Positions 57,526 through 64,000 of a stretch of 64,000 nucleotides of DNA are shown here, one piece after another; within the stretch, counting starts at the first letter, position 1; every line of letters starts with the position of its first letter. A program made the translations under genes and the position numbers. The notes below the pieces were generated by a model. It saw nothing but the letters and a program-made list of their open reading frames with translations, ran no database searches and was not told the origin of the DNA. The stretch comes from Ruminococcus sp. (GTDB lineage: Bacteria; Bacillota; Clostridia; Oscillospirales; Ruminococcaceae), in assembly GCA_020861185.1 (NCBI GenBank), contig JAJBSV010000007.1:52093-116092 (forward strand), in the 5' to 3' direction.

Positions 57526-57999
57526 CTATACCGTCGTTAATTCTTTTGACTCCTGGAATTCCTTCAGCCGTTCCAAGAGCAAATCAATATCCGTGCAATA
57601 ATTCGGACGTAGCCCGCTTTCGTATGCAGTCAGATAGGATTGACACTCAGAAACTATTCTGCTTTCGTTGTTGTCAATCAGATTTATGACTGCCGTCTGA
57701 TATTTACCGCTACCCATATTGAATTTATAAGTGTATTTTTCATCAATCGGAAACATCTTTATGTAGTGAATGCCGTGACGATGTCCAAGCTTGGTTGTTT
57801 TTCGGGGAGGCAAGGCAAAAAATTGTGACTTTGGGACAAATGAAGGAATATTTGAACGCAACGGAACAGCGAAAGTATGATATTCACCTTTATACTTCAA
57901 TCTGACAATCAAAACGCAGGGACGGGTGTGCTTGCGGAGCACCTGCTCATCTTCGTAATACACGTCTAAGAGCTCTTCGCTTATTGTCACTATCCTCAT
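57526..57999 (-). CDS. ToxN/AbiQ-like endoribonuclease toxin (type III TA)
   Basis: 157 aa from the ATG at 57999 (GAAGGAAAG RBS). RPCVLIVRLKYKGEYHTFAVPLRSN resembles the ToxN/AbiQ RP..G.V......Y.APL(T/S)S core. C-terminal CTDIDLLLERL resembles CNF.LLEEK. Context is tandem RNA repeats plus a terminator upstream. Confidence 0.65.
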   Translation of the reverse strand: MRIVTISEELLDVYYEDEQVLRKHTRPCVLIVRLKYKGEYHTFAVPLRSNIPSFVPKSQFFALPPRKTTKLGHRHGIHYIKMFPIDEKYTYKFNMGSGKYQTAVINLIDNNESRIVSECQSYLTAYESGLRPNYCTDIDLLLERLKEFQESKELTTV

Positions 58000-58014
58000 T
58001 TTAACACTTTCCTT

Positions 58015-58046
58015 CTCAAAATCAAAGCCCACCAAAAAGGTAGGCT
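58015..58046 (-). terminator. intrinsic terminator between the RNA repeats and the toxin ORF
   Basis: Minus strand: AGCCTACC-ttttt-GGTGGGCT followed by TTGATTTTGAG. Confidence 0.7.
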
Positions 58047-58049
58047 CGA

Positions 58050-58430
58050 TTCACATACAAATGAGTGATATTCTACGCGATTTTGCTCGCACCCCGTCAC
58101 CCCGGAGGCATTAGCAGTAGTAACTGCTTCACACAAGTGGGTAATATTCTACGCTTTCTGAAATCAGATTGCATCCCGTTACCCGCGGAGATATTATCAG
58201 TTACGGAGTAACTGATTCACACAAGTGAGTGATATTCTACACAGCCCGACAAAGCGGACCGGCTTGCAAGCAAACCGTTCCCCGTCACTCACGGAGGCTA
58301 AACATGACTACACCCAAAAGGGGAGCCGTACAAGGATGATATTTTGCGTGGTTTGAAGCAACCACACCCCGTCACCTACGGAGGCTAAACATATTCGCAA
58401 GCGAATTGTTCACTGCGTGATGTCTCCATC
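58050..58430 (-). ncRNA. tandem composite RNA repeats (4 units of 78-110 nt plus a partial unit), putative type III antitoxin
   Basis: Unit boundaries on plus coordinates: 58050, 58128, 58216, ~58326 and 58409. Conserved cores (minus strand): GTAGAATATCACTCACTTGTGTGAA and CCTCCG-N7-CGGGG. Confidence 0.7.
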
Positions 58431-58440
58431 CCGCACTATT

Positions 58441-58469
58441 ATTATACACTATGCGTCTGAAAAATGCAA
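58441..58469 (-). promoter_or_regulatory. promoter of the repeat array / toxin unit
   Basis: Minus strand: TTGCAT (58469..58464) - 17 nt - TATAAT (58446..58441). Confidence 0.6.
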
Positions 58470-58493
58470 TACCTTAATCAAAAAATATTGCAA

Positions 58494-59483
58494 TCACACT
58501 TTTGCCAAGGTTGCCGCCATAACCGCCTTGATAGTGTGCATACGGTTTTCAGCCTCCTGGAAGACAGCGGACTTCGGGCTTTCGAAGACCTCGTCGGTGA
58601 CCTCCATGCAGTCGATGCCGAACTTCTCGTTTATCAGCTTGCCGGTGGTGGTCTTCAAATCGTGGAAGGACGGCAGGCAGTGCATGAATACAGCGTTGTC
58701 GGTGGCGTCCATGAGCTTACTGTTCACCTGATAGGGCGACAGATCGGCGATTCTCTCCGCCCAGACCTCGTCCGGCTCGCCCATCGAAACCCACACGTCG
58801 GTATAGACGACGTTCTGGTTTTTAGCCGCCTCGGCAGGGTCTTCCGCCAGAGTGATGCTTCCGCCGCTCTCTTTTGCGAGCTCTTCGCAGGTTTTAACGA
58901 GCTCAGCATTAGGGAAGTATTTTGCGGGAGCACAGGCGGTGAAGTTCAGACCCATCTTGGCGCAACCGACCATAAGCGAGTTGCCCATGTTATACCTTGC
59001 GTCGCCCATATAGAGGAAATTGATGCCCTTCAGGTGCCCGTAAATCTCCTTGATAGTCAGGAAGTCGGCAAGAATCTGCGTCGGGTGGAACTCGTTTGTC
59101 AAGCCGTTCCAGACGGGGACATCGGAATACTTTGCGAGCTCCTCGACAATCTCCTGCCCGTAGCCGCGGTATTCGATTCCGTCAAACATCGAGCTAAGCA
59201 CTCTTGCCGTGTCGGCGATGCTTTCTTTCTTGCCTATCTGCGAGCCCGACGGGTCGAGATATGTGCAACCCATGCCCAAATCATGCGCCGCTACTTCAAA
59301 AGAGCAACGGGTGCGGGTGCTCGTCTTCTCAAAGATGAGGGCGACGTTCTTGCCCTCGCAGAGCTTGTGCGCAACGCCGGCTTTTTTCTTCGCCTTGAGG
59401 GTCGCCGCAAGCTCGATAAGCCCTTCTATTTCATCGGGAGTGAAGTCAAGAAGCTTCAGAAAATCCCGTCCGTAAAGATTCAT
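58494..59483 (-). CDS. argF: ornithine carbamoyltransferase
   Basis: [23 protein letters not shown] motifs. Confidence 0.92.
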   Translation of the reverse strand: MNLYGRDFLKLLDFTPDEIEGLIELAATLKAKKKAGVAHKLCEGKNVALIFEKTSTRTRCSFEVAAHDLGMGCTYLDPSGSQIGKKESIADTARVLSSMFDGIEYRGYGQEIVEELAKYSDVPVWNGLTNEFHPTQILADFLTIKEIYGHLKGINFLYMGDARYNMGNSLMVGCAKMGLNFTACAPAKYFPNAELVKTCEELAKESGGSITLAEDPAEAAKNQNVVYTDVWVSMGEPDEVWAERIADLSPYQVNSKLMDATDNAVFMHCLPSFHDLKTTTGKLINEKFGIDCMEVTDEVFESPKSAVFQEAENRMHTIKAVMAATLAKV

Positions 59484-60880
59484 TTCTGTTCAATTCCCTT
59501 CTTAAGATTACTTATTCTTTCTTTTGCATCGGCAATCTGCTTCTCGACGGAGCTTATCGAGGTTCCGCCCTCGCTGATTCTCTTGTCGACGCAGGTCTTG
59601 AGGTCGATTTCAGCGTATAAATCGCTGTCAAACAGCTCGCTGAACTCTTTGTATTCCGAGAGCTCCATCGTTTCAAGTACTTTTCCGGTCTCGATGCACT
59701 TAGCGACGATTCTGCCGCTGATTTTATAGGCACTTCTGAACGGCAAGCCCTTTCTGACGAGGTAGTCCGCCAGGTCTGTGGCATTTATGAAGCCCTTCTG
59801 CGCCGCAGTCATCATGTTTTCGCGGTTCGCCTTCATGGTCTCAATCATTCCGGTGAAGACGTCGAGGCACATCTTGACGGTGTCAATGCCGTCGAAGAGG
59901 CATTCTTTATCTTCTTGCATATCTTTGTTGTATGCCAACGGCAAGCCCTTGAGAACGGTCAGGATAGTAATCAAATCGCCATAGACCCTTCCGGTCTTGC
60001 CACGAACCAGCTCCGCCATGTCGGGGTTTTTCTTTTGCGGCATGATCGACGAGCCGGTCGTGAAGCTGTCCGAGAGCTCAATGAATTTGAACTCCCAGCT
60101 CGACCAGAGAACTATTTCCTCGGAAAATCTCGAGAGGTGCATCATGATGATGGACAAATCCGAGAGGGTCTCGCAGACGAAATCCCTGTCCGAAACGCCG
60201 TCAATGCTGTTTCTGCAAACCGAGTCAAAGCCTAATTTTCTTGCCTCATATCCCCTGTCGGTCTGATATGTAGTACCCGCCAAGGCACAGCTTCCGATAG
60301 GAGAAACGTTGACCCGGGCTTTTGCGTCCTCAAGCCTCGAAATATCTCGCCCGAGCATCTCGACATAGCACATCAGCTGATGCCCGAAGGTAATGGGTTG
60401 CGCTCTCTGGAGATGCGTATAGCCGGGCATGACGTAGTCTTTGTATTCTTCGGCTTTCGCGACAACTGCTTCACACAGCGAAATAAGCTTCTCCTGAATA
60501 GAGCCGATTTCGGTTCGTGTGTACATCCTCGTGTCGAGCGCCACCTGATCGTTGCGGCTACGGGCGGTATGAAGCTTCTTTCCGACGTCGCCCAAGCGAG
60601 AGGTGAGCACCTCCTCGACGAACATGTGGATATCCTCGCAGTCGGGGTTGATTTTGAGCTTCCCCGAGTCAAGGTCGGATAAAATTTCCGAGAGCCCGTC
60701 GATAAGCTGATTGGCTTCATCCTCCGAGATAATCCCCGTCGCCCCGAGCATCGAAGCATGCGCCATACTGCCGGTGATATCCTCGCGATACATCCGGCTG
60801 TCGAAGTGAATAGACGAGTTGAAGTCGTCGGCGAGGGTGCTTGTGTCGCCGCTAGTTCGACCTGCCCACATTTTTGCCAT
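59480..60880 (-). CDS. argH: argininosuccinate lyase
   Basis: MWAGR.., [12 protein letters not shown] signature. The ATG at 60880 has an AGGAGG RBS. Confidence 0.93.
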   Translation of the reverse strand: MAKMWAGRTSGDTSTLADDFNSSIHFDSRMYREDITGSMAHASMLGATGIISEDEANQLIDGLSEILSDLDSGKLKINPDCEDIHMFVEEVLTSRLGDVGKKLHTARSRNDQVALDTRMYTRTEIGSIQEKLISLCEAVVAKAEEYKDYVMPGYTHLQRAQPITFGHQLMCYVEMLGRDISRLEDAKARVNVSPIGSCALAGTTYQTDRGYEARKLGFDSVCRNSIDGVSDRDFVCETLSDLSIIMMHLSRFSEEIVLWSSWEFKFIELSDSFTTGSSIMPQKKNPDMAELVRGKTGRVYGDLITILTVLKGLPLAYNKDMQEDKECLFDGIDTVKMCLDVFTGMIETMKANRENMMTAAQKGFINATDLADYLVRKGLPFRSAYKISGRIVAKCIETGKVLETMELSEYKEFSELFDSDLYAEIDLKTCVDKRISEGGTSISSVEKQIADAKERISNLKKGIEQK

Positions 60881-60895
60881 AGTTATACCTCCTGG

Positions 60896-60952
60896 AAACC
60901 CCTCCACCACCGCCTTCGGCGGCGGTCCCCCTCCCCTTTCAGGGGAGGCTTT
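60896..60952 (+). repeat. REP2 element (sub-type a) between argG and argH
   Basis: AAACCCCTCCACCACCGCCTTCGGCGGCGGTCCCCCTCCCCTTTCAGGGGAGGCTTT. It abuts the argH RBS. Confidence 0.8.
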
Positions 60953-60990
60953 GACTACCTACTACAAAAAGTTGTGATAGAAGGAAAATA

Positions 60991-61036
60991 GGCTCCCCTG
61001 AAAGGGGAGCTGTCAGCGAAGCTGACTGAGGGGTTT
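60991..61036 (+). repeat. REP2 element (sub-type b), inverted partner; overlaps the argG stop
   Basis: GGCTCCCCTGAAAGGGGAGCTGTCAGCGAAGCTGACTGAGGGGTTT. Confidence 0.8.
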
Positions 61037-62270
61037 ACCTCAACCCATTCTTCGCCTTCATCTTCGCGTAAACCTTGGTCGGGAGACCGTAGAGGTTGAT
61101 GAAGCCGCCGGCGTCCTTCTGGTCGTAGACCTCGTCCTCGTCGAATGTAGCGATTTCGGGGTCGTAAAGGGAGTAAGGAGAGGTTACGCCTGCGTTGATG
61201 ATGTTGCCCTTATAGAGCTTGAGGGTTACGTCGCCGGTGACGGTCTTCTGGGTCGACTTTACGAACGCAAGAATTGCCTCGGTAAGAGGACTGAACCACT
61301 GGGCGTTATATACGAGCTCCGCAAGCTTCTGAGCTACGAGAGACTTATAGTGAGCGGTTTCTTTGTCAAGGGTGATGGTCTCGAGGGTTTCGTGAGCGTG
61401 ATAGAGGATTGCGCCGCCGGGGGTCTCATAAACGCCCCTGCTCTTCATGCCGACAAGGCGGTTCTCGACGATGTCAAGAAGCCCGATGCCGTTCGCACCG
61501 CCGAGCTTGTTAAGCTCTGTAACGAGCTCGGTTGCGTTCATCTCTACGCCATTAACGGAAGTGGGAACGCCCTGCTCGAAGTGGAGCTTCACATAAGTGG
61601 GCTCATCGGGAGCCATTTCGGGCGAAACGCCCATCTCAAGGAATCCGGGCTTGTTGTACTGCGGCTCGTTTGCCGGGTCTTCGAGGTCGAGACCCTCGTG
61701 AGAAAGATGCCAGAGGTTCTTGTCTTTGGAGTAATTGGTCTCACGGTTAATCTTGAGGGGAACGTTGTGAGCCTCGGCGTAGTCGATTTCCTCGTCGCGG
61801 GACTTGATATCCCACTCTCTCCAAGGAGCGATAATCGGGATGTCGGGGGCGAAAGCCTTGATTGCGACTTCGAAACGAACCTGGTCGTTGCCCTTGCCGG
61901 TGCAACCGTGGCAGATGGCGTCTGCGCCTTCCTTGATTGCGATTTCGGCAATTCTGCGAGCTATCGGAGGACGTGCAAAAGCGGTTCCGAGGAGGTATTC
62001 CTCATACTTAGCACCTGCCTGAACGCAAGGGAAGACGAAATCGGTGAGGAACTCTTCGGTCAGATCCTCGATATAGAGCTTCGAAGTGCCGGTCTTAAGC
62101 GCCTTCTCCTCAAGCCCGTCAAGCTCAGTTCCCTGTCCGACATTAGCCGAAACAGCGATAATCTCGGGGTTATTATAGTTCTCCTTGAGCCACGGGATGA
62201 TGATAGAAGTGTCAAGTCCGCCCGAGTAGGCAAGGACGATTTTTTTGATGTTTTCTTTCTTTATACTCAT
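61035..62270 (-). CDS. argG: argininosuccinate synthase
   Basis: [22 protein letters not shown] motifs. The ATG at 62270 has a GGAGG RBS. Confidence 0.95.
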   Translation of the reverse strand: MSIKKENIKKIVLAYSGGLDTSIIIPWLKENYNNPEIIAVSANVGQGTELDGLEEKALKTGTSKLYIEDLTEEFLTDFVFPCVQAGAKYEEYLLGTAFARPPIARRIAEIAIKEGADAICHGCTGKGNDQVRFEVAIKAFAPDIPIIAPWREWDIKSRDEEIDYAEAHNVPLKINRETNYSKDKNLWHLSHEGLDLEDPANEPQYNKPGFLEMGVSPEMAPDEPTYVKLHFEQGVPTSVNGVEMNATELVTELNKLGGANGIGLLDIVENRLVGMKSRGVYETPGGAILYHAHETLETITLDKETAHYKSLVAQKLAELVYNAQWFSPLTEAILAFVKSTQKTVTGDVTLKLYKGNIINAGVTSPYSLYDPEIATFDEDEVYDQKDAGGFINLYGLPTKVYAKMKAKNGLR

Positions 62271-62293
62271 GTTGATTTCCTCCAATGATTTAT

Positions 62294-62366
62294 TGTAGGG
62301 GCGGATATCATCCGCCCGTTATTTCGTCGCGATGGCAGGTTCGGGCGGATAATATCCGCCCCTACA
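62294..62366. repeat. REP1 palindromic element, copy C
   Basis: TGTAGGGGCGGATATCATCCGCCCG - 23 nt - CGGGCGGATAATATCCGCCCCTACA. Confidence 0.85.
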
Positions 62367-62432
62367 TCTTGAACACCGCCCTATTATAGCACTACTTGCA
62401 TAATTATGCAATACCCTTGAATAAAAATTCAC

Positions 62433-64000
62433 TCAGTTTTTCTTGAAATAGTTCACTGTGGCTTCGAACATGCGGATGTCGTAGTTGCCGGGGACGTTTT
62501 TGTAGAGCCCGGAGCCGGTTCTTTCCGAATGTCCCATCTTGCCGAAGACCCTGCCGTCGGGCGAGGTGATGCCCTCGACCGCAAAGAGCGAACCGTTCGG
62601 GTTGTACCTAACATCCATGCTCGGGTTTCCATCCAAATCGACATACTGCGTGGCAATCTGACCGTTTGCGGCGAGCTTGCGAATCAGCTCCTCGCTTGCA
62701 AGGAATCTTCCTTCGCCGTGGGAGATGGGAACGTTCACGATGTCGCCGACATTCATGAGCGAGAGCCATGGCGACTTGTTCGAAGCGATGCGGGTTCTGA
62801 CAATCTTCGACTGGTGGCGGTTGATGACGTTGAAGGTAAGCGTCGGGCAGTTCTCATCGGTGTCGATAATCTTGCCGTACGGCAGAAGTCCGAGCTTGAT
62901 GAGTGCCTGGAAGCCGTTGCAGATTCCCGCCATGAGTCCGCCTCTGTTGTCCAAGAGGTCGTGAACGCCGTCTTTAATCTCAGCGTTGCGGAAGAATGCC
63001 GTTATGAACTTGCCGCTTCCCTCCGGCTCGTCGCCACCCGAGAAGCCTCCGGGGATGAAGATCATCTGCGCCGTCTTCAATTTTTCGGCAAACGTTTCAA
63101 CACTGCGGCTGATGCCCTCTGCCGAAAGATTGTTGATAACTAAGATTTCGGGTTCAGCACCAGCATCGGCGAAGGCTTTCGCCGAGTCGCATTCGCAGTT
63201 GGTTCCCGGGAAGGCGGGGATCAAAACCTTCGGTTTTGATGAGTTTGAAGTGTGAAGAGTGGAGAGTGGAGTTGAGTTGTAAGTGAAGAGTTCAGCAGTG
63301 CCAGAGGTACCGATGTTGCAACTATACACGGATTCCAGTTTGTTCTCATACGGATTTGAGAGCTCCGCAAGAGTAATGCTCTCATCACCATAGGTGATAG
63401 CCTCTTCAGCAGTAGTCTCACCTAATAGCTCGGCATCCAGATTTTCAGTAGCTTCGAGGATAAATGCGCCGTAGTTATAGCCGAAGATATCGGGAGTCGA
63501 AGCGAACTTAAAGCCGATGGAGTTTCCGATGCCCATCTTGAAGATTGCTTCGGCGATGCCGCCCGATGACGGGGTGTATGCCGCCGCTATCTTGCAGGCT
63601 CTCATCCATTCGGTGACTTTCGCGTAGACTTTGAGGAGCGAGCTTGTAATTGGCAGATTATTCTCGTCATATTCAGGCTTGATGAAGTATACTTTATGTC
63701 CGGCGCTCTTGAATTCCGGACTGATTATATTATCGGTGGTCGACGTAGTGACTGCAAACGAGACGAGCGTCGGGGGAACGTCGATGTCCTCGAAGGTTCC
63801 GCTCATCGAGTCCTTGCCGCCGATGGCGCCGATTTTCAGCTCAAGCTGTACCTTGAATGCACCAAGCAGTGCCGCCAACGGCTTGCCCCAACGCTTCGCA
63901 TCTTTATTGGAATGCTCAAAGTACTCCTGGAATGTAAGATATACTTCCTCGTCGTCGAACTTCGCACCCGTCGCAACGAGCTTCGAAACGGATTCGATGA
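62433..64000 (-). CDS. purL: phosphoribosylformylglycinamidine synthase (large single-chain type); C-terminal part, 5' end outside window
   Basis: The frame is open to the window end. C-terminal glutaminase domain: GICNGFQAL, PISHGEGRF, MGHSER. Confidence 0.9.
   Translation of the reverse strand, partial: IESVSKLVATGAKFDDEEVYLTFQEYFEHSNKDAKRWGKPLAALLGAFKVQLELKIGAIGGKDSMSGTFEDIDVPPTLVSFAVTTSTTDNIISPEFKSAGHKVYFIKPEYDENNLPITSSLLKVYAKVTEWMRACKIAAAYTPSSGGIAEAIFKMGIGNSIGFKFASTPDIFGYNYGAFILEATENLDAELLGETTAEEAITYGDESITLAELSNPYENKLESVYSCNIGTSGTAELFTYNSTPLSTLHTSNSSKPKVLIPAFPGTNCECDSAKAFADAGAEPEILVINNLSAEGISRSVETFAEKLKTAQMIFIPGGFSGGDEPEGSGKFITAFFRNAEIKDGVHDLLDNRGGLMAGICNGFQALIKLGLLPYGKIIDTDENCPTLTFNVINRHQSKIVRTRIASNKSPWLSLMNVGDIVNVPISHGEGRFLASEELIRKLAANGQIATQYVDLDGNPSMDVRYNPNGSLFAVEGITSPDGRVFGKMGHSERTGSGLYKNVPGNYDIRMFEATVNYFKKN

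Noticed and set aside
58050-58430. Tandem repeats considered as a CRISPR array
   Set aside because: Units vary in length (78-110 nt) and are internally structured. There is no alternation of identical repeats with unique spacers and no cas genes. The context of terminator plus ToxN-like ORF fits type III TA instead.
63235-63305. GTGAAG/GAGTGGAG-like short repeats inside purL
   Set aside because: They are in frame within the linker between the FGAM synthase domains (..LFTYNSTPLSTLHTSNSSKPK..). This is low-complexity coding sequence, not a separate element.

Overview
This 64-kb chromosomal window looks Firmicutes/Clostridia-like. It carries the conserved block rimP-nusA-ylxR-ylxQ-infB-rbfA-nrnA-truB-ribF-gltX, and nearly all genes are on the minus strand. 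Housekeeping content: argD, ppk1/ppx, an ABC-2/GldG/DUF4340 operon, a PfkB kinase, a CPA2 antiporter, DegV, an atypical Opp-type peptide ABC system, metA-metY-ilvE, mreB, a tRNA-Thr/Tyr pair, an ECF sigma module, galM, argF-argH-argG and a partial purL. The unusual content is almost all non-coding or small-gene. (1) Four paralogous ~340-bp cassettes on the plus strand (about 21993, 24648, 30875 and 45985). Each has an extended-10 sigma-A-type promoter, a strong SD, a 30-41 aa hydrophobic peptide ORF, a structured 3' UTR and a terminator. Each also carries a perfect TTGACA-N17-TATAAT promoter on the opposite strand, embedded in the terminator. The 5' leader and 3' end of the sense RNA pair with compensatory changes between copies. 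This is type I toxin-antitoxin-like architecture. (2) A type III toxin-antitoxin-like locus at 57526-58469: a ToxN/AbiQ-like ORF preceded by a terminator and by four unusually long (78-110 nt) composite RNA repeats with covarying pseudoknot pairing. (3) Two families of short palindromic intergenic repeats, one MITE-like and one terminator-like that often abuts stop codons. (4) A 33-bp-periodic iteron-like array upstream of a DUF4143 AAA ATPase. (5) Minor oddities: a frameshifted ClC channel, an in-frame TAG before a sirtuin gene, and a duplicated tRNA-Tyr 3' end. All calls come from reading the sequence and translations by eye. No database search was run.
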